Positions 19,848-28,560 of a stretch of 43,317 bases of DNA are shown here, in pieces (the stretch's first letter is position 1; each line of letters opens with the position of its first letter). The stretch comes from Candidatus Saccharimonadales bacterium (GTDB lineage Bacteria; Patescibacteriota; Saccharimonadia; Saccharimonadales; JANWIN01): assembly GCA_025449905.1 (NCBI GenBank), contig JANWIN010000012.1, positions 1-43,317 of the forward strand, read 5' to 3'. Below the pieces are notes generated by a model. It was not told the origin of the DNA. It saw only the letters and a list, made by a program, of their open reading frames with translations, and searched no databases. Made by a program: the position numbers and the translations under genes.

Positions 19848-20397
19848 TTTTTAATGCATCTTTAAGTGCCGGATTATTACGATCTTTTTCGGAAATAATT
19901 AAACCCTGGCCTTCTTTAATCGGCCAATCAATGGCTAGGTCTGGGTCAAGCGGGTTACAGGCTGCCCCGGGCATATTGGGCATCCATTCCTTTTCAAAAT
20001 AATAAAGATAAACTGACGGCTCATCACTAATTGATTGAAAAGAATTACCCAGCCCGCTAGTCACAAACAAACCCTGACCGCGTTCCAGTTCAAAGCCTTG
20101 CCACTGACCGCTAGACTGTGAAGTTGAGCGCAGATCAACAATCACGGCGTAAACTTTTCCACTGACTACAGCTACCAACTTGTGAGCCGCTTCAGCGTGG
20201 ATGCCGCGGACGGCGCCCTTAAGCGTTAGGGGGGCGTTTAGCTGAGGCCGTTCATTTAACGACGGCAAACCGGACTTTTCAAAATCAGACTGACGATAAA
20301 ATTCCATAACCGAACCGCGCTCGTCGGCAATGACTTTAAATCGAACCTCGTATAGGCCATCGATTTTAGTTTGCTTTACACTGATTTCCTGGTTCAC
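19840..20397 (-). CDS. rfbC: dTDP-4-dehydrorhamnose 3,5-epimerase
   Basis: DERG, GAVRGIH, VDLR, DPDLAIDWP, SEKD; lies between rfbB and rfbD. Confidence 0.92.
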   Translation of the reverse strand: MNQEISVKQTKIDGLYEVRFKVIADERGSVMEFYRQSDFEKSGLPSLNERPQLNAPLTLKGAVRGIHAEAAHKLVAVVSGKVYAVIVDLRSTSQSSGQWQGFELERGQGLFVTSGLGNSFQSISDEPSVYLYYFEKEWMPNMPGAACNPLDPDLAIDWPIKEGQGLIISEKDRNNPALKDALKNE

Positions 20398-21407
20398 GAA
20401 GTGGCCTTGGTTTTATAAAGTTCGTTGTCACGCATTAAATCCAGGCGCTGGCTGTAAGCCTGCCACCAGGGCTGGTTATTTTTATACCAGTCTACGGTCT
20501 TAGTTAGGCCCTCTTCAAATGTGACGCTTGGCTGCCAACCTAGTTTTTCATTGGCATAGGAAGAATCAATATCATAACGCATATCATGGCCGGGGCGGTC
20601 AGCCACATACTCAATTAAATCCTGCGATCTTCCCAGTATTTTTAGCACTGCTTCGGCAACTTCAAGACCGCTTTTTTGGCTACCGCCGCCAACACAGTAG
20701 GTCTCGCCAACTTCACCTTTTTGCACTGCTAAATCAATAGCGCGGCAGTGATCATCAACATATAAATAATCACGGACAGCCTTGCCGTCACCATAAATCG
20801 GCAACGGTTTATCTTCCAAAGCACAAGCTGTAAACACAGCTACAATTCGACCAGGCGAATCCCAAGGGCCGTAGTTGTTTGAACAATTGGTGATGGTGTA
20901 GGGCAAACTATACGTTTCGCCGTAAGCCCGGACTATGTGATCACTGGCAGCTTTGGAGGCGGCATATGGACTGCGAGGCTCATAGGCGGTTTGCTCATTG
21001 AATTTTTGCGAGCTATCCAGTTCTAGGCTGCCAAAAACTTCATCAGTCGAAACATGATGAAAGCGTTTAACTTTGTGTTTGATGCTTGCACGAGCTAAAA
21101 CATCGGTGCCAATAATATTGGTTTGTAAAAATGGGCCCGGATCGGCAATTGATCTATCAACATGGCTGTGAGCAGCAAAATTAACCACCAAATCATTTCC
21201 AGCTACAAACTTATCCATAGCTGACGCGTCACTGATATCAGCTTTATGGAAATTAACGGTATTTTCAAGACTAGCCAATCGGGCTTTATCACCGGCATAA
21301 GTTAAGGCGTCAACAACGCTTATTTCGTAATCCGGGCGGTTCTTAACCAAATAATGGACAAAATTGGAACCGATAAAACCCGCACCGCCTGTCACCAGTA
21401 CTTTCAT
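20394..21407 (-). CDS. rfbB: dTDP-glucose 4,6-dehydratase
   Basis: TGGAGFIG, SHVDRS, STDEVFG, YAASKA, DRPGHD; start is ATG 21407 or GTG 21410. Confidence 0.96.
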   Translation of the reverse strand: MKVLVTGGAGFIGSNFVHYLVKNRPDYEISVVDALTYAGDKARLASLENTVNFHKADISDASAMDKFVAGNDLVVNFAAHSHVDRSIADPGPFLQTNIIGTDVLARASIKHKVKRFHHVSTDEVFGSLELDSSQKFNEQTAYEPRSPYAASKAASDHIVRAYGETYSLPYTITNCSNNYGPWDSPGRIVAVFTACALEDKPLPIYGDGKAVRDYLYVDDHCRAIDLAVQKGEVGETYCVGGGSQKSGLEVAEAVLKILGRSQDLIEYVADRPGHDMRYDIDSSYANEKLGWQPSVTFEEGLTKTVDWYKNNQPWWQAYSQRLDLMRDNELYKTKATS

Positions 21408-21470
21408 CACAGTTAAGTATAGCAGTCCTGGACCCCAATAACTTCATCACTCATTTGCTATAATTTTGGG

Positions 21471-21995
21471 ATGAAGCAAACCCAGTGGGGTGCAAAAATT
21501 ATCTCTTTTGAGAATTTTGCAAAGCTGCGCCCTAGACTTGGCAAAATTGTAGCTACGAGTGGCGGTTTTGATCCGATTCATCCCGGCCATATCAGTTGCA
21601 TAGCGGCCAGCAAAAAATATGGTGATACCTTGGTGGTGATTGTTAATGGTGATAATTTTCTAAAAAAGAAAAAAGGCCAGGCCTTTCAGGATCTTGAAAC
21701 TCGCTCAATAGTGGTTAGTAGCATAGTTGGCGTCGATTACGTGGTGCCTTTTGAAATTAAAAACGACCAAACCGTAACCAAAGCCCTGGAAGCCCTAAAG
21801 CCGCATGTCTTTACTAAGGGCGGGGATAGGGTCAATGAATCTACCATTCCCGAATGGCAGATTTGCGAAAAACACGACATTGAAATCATCACCGGCGTTG
21901 GTGATGATAAAAAATGGTCCAGTAGCTGGTTTTTAAAAGCTTGGGATGAACGTCAGCAAATGCCAAACTCAAAAATATCGAGTAAATCAAAGTGA
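21471..21995 (+). CDS. HxGH cytidylyltransferase-family protein (TagD/RfaE-II/RibL-like)
   Basis: SGGFDPIHPGH, FTKGGDR, KWSSS; substrate not determinable. Confidence 0.85.
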   Translation: MKQTQWGAKIISFENFAKLRPRLGKIVATSGGFDPIHPGHISCIAASKKYGDTLVVIVNGDNFLKKKKGQAFQDLETRSIVVSSIVGVDYVVPFEIKNDQTVTKALEALKPHVFTKGGDRVNESTIPEWQICEKHDIEIITGVGDDKKWSSSWFLKAWDERQQMPNSKISSKSK

Positions 21996-22765
21996 AACAA
22001 TTGATAGCCTTTGATCTAGATGGGACACTAGCACCGAGCAAAACGCCCATACCAGATAAGATGGCTCAGCTAATACCGAAACTTTTAGATAAATTTCAGG
22101 TTTGTATTATGTCGGGCGGCAAATTTCAATTATTTGAAACTCAGGTCATAGCCCGGCTTAATGCATCACCCGAGCAATTGGATAAACTTCATCTTATGCC
22201 AACCTGCGGTACGCGCTATTATCGTTTTGATCCTAAAAAGTCTAAATGGTTTAAGGTTTACGCAGAAGATTTTACTAAGGAAGAAAAACAAAAAATCATT
22301 AACGCCATAAAACAAGCAGTAACTGCTCTAGATATGTGGGAAAAGAAAACATGGGGTGAGGAAATTGAAGATAGAGACAGTCAGATATCTTATTCTGCCC
22401 TTGGCCAAGATGTAGTGGCCGAACTTGGCGAGAAGGGTGTTGGCTTGAAGGAGGCTTGGGATCCTGACAATGCCAAGAAAAAGGCCCTGGTTGATTACCT
22501 AGTGCCGCTTTTACCTGAATTTGAAGTAAGAGCTGGCGGCTTAACGACTGTCGATGTAACTAAGCAAGGAATTGATAAAGCCTACGGCATGAAGAAACTT
22601 CTCACCAGGCTGAAGTTAAAAAAAGAACAGGTTTTGTTTATAGGCGATCGGTTACAAGAAGGCGGAAATGATTATCCCGTTAAAGCCCTGGGTATAGATA
22701 CAATTGAGGTAGCTCACTGGCAAGAAACAGCTGAAGCTATAGAAAAGTTACTTATCTCGGGCTAA
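21992..22765 (+). CDS. HAD-IIB phosphomannomutase-like enzyme
   Basis: FDLDGTL, SGG, IEDRDSQI, GGLTTVDV, DKAYG, GD...GGND, as in PMM-type HAD-IIB enzymes. Confidence 0.85.
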   Translation: MKQLIAFDLDGTLAPSKTPIPDKMAQLIPKLLDKFQVCIMSGGKFQLFETQVIARLNASPEQLDKLHLMPTCGTRYYRFDPKKSKWFKVYAEDFTKEEKQKIINAIKQAVTALDMWEKKTWGEEIEDRDSQISYSALGQDVVAELGEKGVGLKEAWDPDNAKKKALVDYLVPLLPEFEVRAGGLTTVDVTKQGIDKAYGMKKLLTRLKLKKEQVLFIGDRLQEGGNDYPVKALGIDTIEVAHWQETAEAIEKLLISG

Positions 22766-23860
22766 AGACTGCAGGTACTTATTTAGTTTTAATTGAAATT
22801 CGTCTTCACTAAATTTTGACGACATCTCGGTCAAAGCTGTCTCATTAAATTTTTCAAATTTATAGTTTTCTAAAACCGCTTTTAATGATTCGGTTGTTTG
22901 GTCATTAAAAAACTCACCAGTCTTACCTGGAATTACGTAATCTAGTGCTCCACCGGCTTTATAGGCAATAACCGGTGTTCCGGCGGCCAGCGCCTCGACG
23001 GCCGTAATGCCAAAATCTTCCATAGCAGGGAAGATAAAAGCTTCTGCCGACTGAAAATATTTTGGTAATTCTTCATCACTTACGTTAGTTAAAAATTCAA
23101 CACTTGGTCCAGCCATAGCTACTAATTTTTTATGTTCCGGGCCACTACCAATAACTGTCAGTGGAAGATTAAGCTCTGTGCAAGCGGCGACTGCCAAGTC
23201 GCGGCGCATGTAGGGCCGCTGGTTGCCGGCGGTTATTAAGCCAGTACGCTTAGCTGATGTTTTTGGCTTGAAGCGCTCAACTTCTACTGGCGGGTAAATT
23301 ACTGTTGAATCACGGCTATAATATTTTTTAACATTGTCTTTAGTAAAAGTGGAATTAGAAATTATGAAATCGGGTCGCTGGGCGGCTTTTTTATCCCAAC
23401 GCCGCAGGGGACCAACCAGTAACTTTAAACCCAATCGAGCTAACCAATTAAAAACTCCAAAACCAGGATTTTTAAGGTATTCATCATAACGGACCCAATA
23501 ATAGTGAGTCGGGGAGTGACAATAGTTAACATGTAAAGTATTACCACTAGTTTTAACGCCTTTGGATTCAGCACCACTCGCCGAAATGACTAAATCATAA
23601 CCAGACAGATTCAAATGACTAAACGCAAAAGCCCTAAGCGGCGGGAGAAATTTCCGCAAGCTCTTGGGCAATTTTTGCAGCCACAAAGTCTTGACTTCAG
23701 CCCCCTTAAACCATGGTAATTTTTTTGGATTGTATTGCGAGGTGTATATAGGCGCCCCAGGAAACATCTTGTGTAGTTGCAATACAACACGCTCGGCGCC
23801 GCCAATACCTACGAGCCAATCACAAACAATCGCGACCCTTAGCTGGTCCAAGTTTTTCAT
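22748..23860 (-). CDS. GT4 glycosyltransferase, WbaZ-like
   Basis: DWLVGIGGAERV, YCHSP, EDFGITAVEALAAGTPVIAY. Confidence 0.92.
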   Translation of the reverse strand: MKNLDQLRVAIVCDWLVGIGGAERVVLQLHKMFPGAPIYTSQYNPKKLPWFKGAEVKTLWLQKLPKSLRKFLPPLRAFAFSHLNLSGYDLVISASGAESKGVKTSGNTLHVNYCHSPTHYYWVRYDEYLKNPGFGVFNWLARLGLKLLVGPLRRWDKKAAQRPDFIISNSTFTKDNVKKYYSRDSTVIYPPVEVERFKPKTSAKRTGLITAGNQRPYMRRDLAVAACTELNLPLTVIGSGPEHKKLVAMAGPSVEFLTNVSDEELPKYFQSAEAFIFPAMEDFGITAVEALAAGTPVIAYKAGGALDYVIPGKTGEFFNDQTTESLKAVLENYKFEKFNETALTEMSSKFSEDEFQLKLNKYLQSLARDK

Positions 23861-25293
23861 TTTGCACCTGAACCGCTTAGTACTACCCGAGCTGTCTTAG
23901 CTAAAATAACCAGATCCATCCAAAAGCTCCAATTTTGGACATAGTACATATCCAGCTGTCGCCGTTCATCAAAAGTTATATGCTTTCGACCGGATACTTG
24001 AGCTAAACCAGTAATACCTGATTTAACGCTCAAAATGGCGTGGCGTTTTTCGTACTGTCCGATTTCTTCAGGAATCAGAGCTCGCGGGCCAACTAGGCTA
24101 AGGTCTCCCTTTAGCACATTAATGAGCTGGGGTAGTTCATCTAAGCTGGTCTTGCGTAAAAATTTGCCAAAAGGCGTAATACGAGGATCGTTGGCTATAA
24201 AGTCACCATTGGCTCGATACTCTTTGGCTAGTTGCGGCTGGCCCAGGCGCTCAAATGCCTCCTCTGGGGTAGTACCATCATATTTTTTATACTGGCTACG
24301 AAATTTGTAAACTCTAAATTTTTGATTAAATCTGGTTAAGCGAGTTTGGCGAAAAAAGACCGACCCACTGCTTATTAAATTAATTAAGGCTATAACTAAC
24401 AAAAATGGCGAACAAATAATTAATAGAAAACCTCCCAACAACAAATCAAAAGTCCGCTTCGCAAATCGCCCCCAGCCTAGTAGTGCGGTTTGGTGAATAG
24501 CTATGACTGGCACAGATGAGCGAAATAGCTCAACATCAATGTTGCCGACAAATAGCTCGCTATTACCAGGCGTAAAGCGGTAACCGGCGTGATTAGTTTG
24601 AGCGTAGCCAAGAATTTCTTGATTTTTGGTTTCATCGCTAAACAATTCTGTTTGGATGATACTGTTAATTGGCATTTTTAAATTTTTTACAGCCTCGGCG
24701 AAATTATCATAATTTTTTACTTCTGAGTATTTATCTTTGGCTGAGCGATGGCTGCCCACTGTGGCCAAAACTCGGTAGCCGGAATAACGGCTATCGACAA
24801 GCGACTGTAGCAGTTCATGACTAAGGGGCGTGTTGCCGATAATTAAAACATTGGTCAAACCCTTTTCGTAGCTGAAGAGTAAACTTCTAACTAACCGGAC
24901 AAGATTTCTAAAAATTACCAAAAACAAAAAAGCTAGAAGCAGGCCATAAATTGGTACTAGGCGGGCAGGCAGGATAGGTTTAGTAGCTAGAAAATTCCAA
25001 AATACCACGAATAACATGCCAATAAACGAACCTACGAACAGCCGCCCCAACTCTTTGAAGCGATTTTCGTAAATTGCAGCATTATAAAGCCCCAGGAGCG
25101 CAAAGATTAGAATCCAAAAGGGCAGCAGTACCAGAAAAACACTTAAATAAGTTTTGGAATGGATAGGAACTTCCAGGGGTCGATGATCCAAGGTTACCCG
25201 CAGAATATAAGCTCCGACAAAAGCCGCCAAGAGTGCCAAAAAATCGCCAACCACCAAAAAAACGTTGTAAATTAGCGAGGTGTTATTTTTCAT
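23857..25293 (-). CDS. Undecaprenyl-phosphate sugar phosphotransferase (WcaJ/WbaP/CpsE family)
   Basis: Four N-terminal TM helices, KRTFD, KFRS, DPRIT, SLDELPQL, SLVGPR, GITGLAQV. Confidence 0.95.
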   Translation of the reverse strand: MKNNTSLIYNVFLVVGDFLALLAAFVGAYILRVTLDHRPLEVPIHSKTYLSVFLVLLPFWILIFALLGLYNAAIYENRFKELGRLFVGSFIGMLFVVFWNFLATKPILPARLVPIYGLLLAFLFLVIFRNLVRLVRSLLFSYEKGLTNVLIIGNTPLSHELLQSLVDSRYSGYRVLATVGSHRSAKDKYSEVKNYDNFAEAVKNLKMPINSIIQTELFSDETKNQEILGYAQTNHAGYRFTPGNSELFVGNIDVELFRSSVPVIAIHQTALLGWGRFAKRTFDLLLGGFLLIICSPFLLVIALINLISSGSVFFRQTRLTRFNQKFRVYKFRSQYKKYDGTTPEEAFERLGQPQLAKEYRANGDFIANDPRITPFGKFLRKTSLDELPQLINVLKGDLSLVGPRALIPEEIGQYEKRHAILSVKSGITGLAQVSGRKHITFDERRQLDMYYVQNWSFWMDLVILAKTARVVLSGSGAK

Positions 25294-25314
25294 CTATACT
25301 AGATTGTAACATCT

Positions 25315-26655
25315 ATGAAAGGGCTAAAAAGCAGTAACCTGGCAAGGTATTTATCTTACATAATAGGCGCTATTTTTATATTACTGCCTTTTCATGCCTT
25401 ATTGACGACCTGGGCGGGCTTTAATCTTGGCGAAATAGACCTATTCAGAATCTGGAAAGAAATTTTAATTGTTCCGGTTGGCCTCGCTGCACTTTATATA
25501 GCTCTAAAAGATCCTAAATTGAAACTATGGCTTAAATCAAGCCGCCTTGTTCTGCTGATATTAACTTACATTTTGCTACATTTGAGTCTTGGTTTTTTGG
25601 CCTTAAGCAAACATAAAGTTAATCCAGAAGCGCTAATTTATAGCCTGCTAATCAATCTGCGCTTTTTAATTTTCTTTTTAGTTTGTCTAGTAGCTGCTGC
25701 TAAATCATCTTGGCTCAAAAATAATTGGCCCAAGCTAGTCCTGTGGCCGGCAGTGGTTGTAATTGTTTTTGGTTTGCTTCAACAGTTTGTACTGCAACCG
25801 AATTTCTTGAGCCATTTTGGCTATGGCCATAAAACCATTCCGGCATATCATACAGTTGACCAAAAATCTGATTACCTGCGTATTCAGTCAACCCTGCGTG
25901 GACCAAATCCGCTCGGCGCCTACATACTTTTTATTATCACTGTTCTAATTGGGTTATTTGCTTCAGCTAAAAAACGATTCTGGCAAAATTGGGTTCTAAT
26001 CATATTGTCTACTGTCGTGCTTTTTTACAGCTATTCGCGGAGTGCTTGGCTAGGACTCGGCTTGTCGATAATAATATTGGGTTATCTTTTAAGTAAAAAA
26101 CCGAAAATTAAACTAATAATTATAGAAACGATAGTTGGCGCATTAATTATTATTGGAAGCGCAGCTGTTCTATGGAATAACAGTAGTGTCATAAGCACCA
26201 CCTTGTTTCACACCGATCAAACCTCCAAGTCACCTGATAGTTCTAACGAAGTTCGCAGTGAAGCGCTAACTAGCGGCCTTAAGTCAGTTATCAAACAACC
26301 ACTTGGCGCTGGTCCTGGCACTGCCGGCCCGGCCTCATTTCGTAATAGTAAATCGCCAAGACTCTCGGAAAATTATTACCTACAAGTTGCTCAAGAAGTC
26401 GGCTTGGTTGGTTTAGCAATTTTTGTGTCAATAAATGTCATTGTAGCGATAGAGCTTTGGCGAAGTCGCAAACAGACCCTGTCGCTGATTCTATTTGCCA
26501 GCTTTGTAGGCTTAATTATAGTTAATATGCTATCGCATGCTTGGGCTGATGATACCTTGAGTTTACTGTGGTGGGGCTTAGCCGGAATTGCTCTCTCATC
26601 TGTTATACTTAAACAAAAAGCGAATGTTGAAACTTCGAAAAAAGCAAAAGCGTGA
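25315..26655 (+). CDS. O-antigen ligase/Wzy_C-family membrane protein
   Basis: Polytopic; RIQST..GPNPLG, SYSRSAW, PLGAGPG, ENYYLQ...EVG. Confidence 0.85.
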   Translation: MKGLKSSNLARYLSYIIGAIFILLPFHALLTTWAGFNLGEIDLFRIWKEILIVPVGLAALYIALKDPKLKLWLKSSRLVLLILTYILLHLSLGFLALSKHKVNPEALIYSLLINLRFLIFFLVCLVAAAKSSWLKNNWPKLVLWPAVVVIVFGLLQQFVLQPNFLSHFGYGHKTIPAYHTVDQKSDYLRIQSTLRGPNPLGAYILFIITVLIGLFASAKKRFWQNWVLIILSTVVLFYSYSRSAWLGLGLSIIILGYLLSKKPKIKLIIIETIVGALIIIGSAAVLWNNSSVISTTLFHTDQTSKSPDSSNEVRSEALTSGLKSVIKQPLGAGPGTAGPASFRNSKSPRLSENYYLQVAQEVGLVGLAIFVSINVIVAIELWRSRKQTLSLILFASFVGLIIVNMLSHAWADDTLSLLWWGLAGIALSSVILKQKANVETSKKAKA

Positions 26656-27124
26656 AATCCTCCGAATTACCGAATATTTAATTAGCGGTGGAGCTTACTT
26701 CTGGTCCGGCTATTTGGCCTTTTTTGTTGGCGATCAAATCTTAGGACTTAATCTATGGTGGGCTAAGCTGGCAGCTAATATTTTTGGCTGGGTGGTTAAC
26801 TATTTACTTCAGCGCTTCTGGGTCTTTAAAAATCCGGCTCTAGCTAAGCATAAAACGGAAGTCACTAATCGCTACATTATTATTACTCTAGCTGATTTTG
26901 TTATTGATTATTTGATAGTTAATTTCTTAAAAGGCTTAGGTATTAGTCCCTACATTGGTCAATTTGTCTCCAGCGCCTTCTTTACCCCCTGGAATTATCT
27001 TTGGTATCGCTTTTGGGTCTTTCCAGAAAAATTTGTTAAACGTCGACCGGCTCATCAGGGCCCGGCTCGGATTGCCGCTCATCGAGCCCATGGACATAGT
27101 GCTTATCACAAAATGAGGGCCTAA
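26624..27124 (+). CDS. GtrA-family small flippase-like protein
   Basis: Four short TM helices, NYLLQRFWVF and WNYLWYRFWVF; start taken as ATG 26624 (TGtTATACT at 26601-26609). Confidence 0.85.
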   Translation: MLKLRKKQKREILRITEYLISGGAYFWSGYLAFFVGDQILGLNLWWAKLAANIFGWVVNYLLQRFWVFKNPALAKHKTEVTNRYIIITLADFVIDYLIVNFLKGLGISPYIGQFVSSAFFTPWNYLWYRFWVFPEKFVKRRPAHQGPARIAAHRAHGHSAYHKMRA

Positions 27125-27582
27125 TGCCTAAAGAAGACGTAATACGACCAACTAAAAAACAGCGCGAACTACTTAGCTATATCGAAGAATTTATTGCCGC
27201 TAAAGGCTATAGCCCTAGCTACCGCGAGATTATGACGGCACTGAACTATAATTCGGTGGCAACAGTCGCTCTGCATATTGATAATTTAATAAAACGCGGT
27301 CATTTAGAAAAGCGTGATCACTCAGCCCGTTCACTAGAGGTTGTTGATCCTAAAACCCGAGCAGCTGTTAAAACTAACGTCGTAAGGCCGGAACAAGAAA
27401 AATGGCTGGTTGAAAAGATAACTTACTTTTTTGACCAAGCTGAACAGGGTGCCAAAACGCCGCAGGCCAAAATTGACGAACTTTATGTTTTAATTGGCAG
27501 CTTAAGAATTTTAGGACTGGAGGGTGCCGCCCAAAGCTTCATTGCTAGGCTTAGCGAGATTAAAAAGAAAGCTGGCGAATGA
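27124..27582 (+). CDS. LexA-type DNA-binding domain protein lacking the S24 peptidase domain
   Basis: TKKQRELL..I......GYSPSYREI...L...SVATV..H...L...G......ARSLEV is the LexA wHTH; the remaining roughly 75 aa lack the Ala-Gly site and GxSM motif. Confidence 0.85.
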   Translation: MPKEDVIRPTKKQRELLSYIEEFIAAKGYSPSYREIMTALNYNSVATVALHIDNLIKRGHLEKRDHSARSLEVVDPKTRAAVKTNVVRPEQEKWLVEKITYFFDQAEQGAKTPQAKIDELYVLIGSLRILGLEGAAQSFIARLSEIKKKAGE

Positions 27583-28376
27583 ATATTCTGCAGGCGCTAA
27601 TTTTAGGTGTCACCCAAGGATTGACCGAATTTATTCCAGTTTCCAGTTCCGGGCATTTGGTGATTGCTCACCGGGCTATGGGCATACCAGCCGGCGGACT
27701 GACTTTTGATGTGGCTCTGCATCTGGGGACACTGATTGCTCTTATAATCTTTTTCTACCGGGATCTTTTAAGCCTGGCCTCAGCACTTTTTAAGAAGTCA
27801 GCTCAAACGCATTTAGCTTGGCTGTTAATATTGGCAACCATACCTGCGGTTATAGTTGGCGCACTACTTGAAAGTGCAGCCGAAGATCAGTTCCGTTCTA
27901 TTATTTTGGTTTCAATAAATCTGGCTGTTGTAGCAGTTATTATGCTGGCGGCCGAACACTACTATAAAAATAGCTTTAAAAAAACAAGTCTTAACAAGAC
28001 TTCAACCGGCCAAGCTATTGGTATGGGCATGGCTCAAGCGGCGGCTATTGTGCCTGGTGTTTCACGCTCCGGTGCGACAATTACGGCTGGACTATTTGCT
28101 GGCATGGACAGGGTAGCCGCGACGCGCTTTTCGTTTCTGCTGGGAATTCCGATTACTTTCGGGGCGATTATGAAAGTACTGCTTAAAAACTCGAGCCTAG
28201 AACAAATCAATGGCGAACTAGGTATTTTTATAGTCGGTATCATAGCGGCCTGTCTTACTGGACTCTGGGCAATTCGATTTTTACTGCGATATTTGGCTAA
28301 ACACCCACTAAATATTTTTGCTTATTACCGAATTGGGCTGGCGATAGTTGTATTAAGCACAGTTTTGTTTTTTTAA
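27579..28376 (+). CDS. uppP: Undecaprenyl-diphosphate phosphatase (BacA/UppP)
   Basis: QGLTEFIPVSSSGHL, HLGT, PGVSRSGATI, FAYYRI. Confidence 0.97.
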   Translation: MNILQALILGVTQGLTEFIPVSSSGHLVIAHRAMGIPAGGLTFDVALHLGTLIALIIFFYRDLLSLASALFKKSAQTHLAWLLILATIPAVIVGALLESAAEDQFRSIILVSINLAVVAVIMLAAEHYYKNSFKKTSLNKTSTGQAIGMGMAQAAAIVPGVSRSGATITAGLFAGMDRVAATRFSFLLGIPITFGAIMKVLLKNSSLEQINGELGIFIVGIIAACLTGLWAIRFLLRYLAKHPLNIFAYYRIGLAIVVLSTVLFF

Positions 28377-28417
28377 AAAATTACTACATCCAAAATAAAT
28401 ACGCGGTGCTATCATTA

Positions 28418-28513
28418 AGACTTAACATCAAAATCGCTGGAAGCAGGTGAAATTCCTGAACTGTGCCGCAACGGTTAAAGTCCGATACAGCCTAAAAGTC
28501 TCCCGAGCAGGAG
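28418..28513 (+). ncRNA. Cobalamin riboswitch aptamer, compact class-II (AdoCbl-variant-like)
   Basis: GCUG-GAAG-CAGG(UGAAAUU)CCUG-AAC-UG(UGCCG)CA-A-CGG(UUAAAGU)CCG-AUA-CAGC four-way junction; P13 CUCC(CGAGCA)GGAG with a loop complementary to L5; TGcTATCAT promoter at 28407-28415. Confidence 0.85.
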
Positions 28514-28532
28514 CAAAAACCCGCGCGTTTTG

Positions 28533-28558
28533 CCCTTGCTCAAAAAGCGAGGGTTTTT
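28533..28558 (+). terminator. Conditional intrinsic terminator (riboswitch expression platform)
   Basis: CCCUUGCU-CAAAA-AGCGAGGG-UUUUU; the 5' arm can instead pair with GAGCAGG (28505-28511). Confidence 0.8.
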
Positions 28559-28560
28559 AA

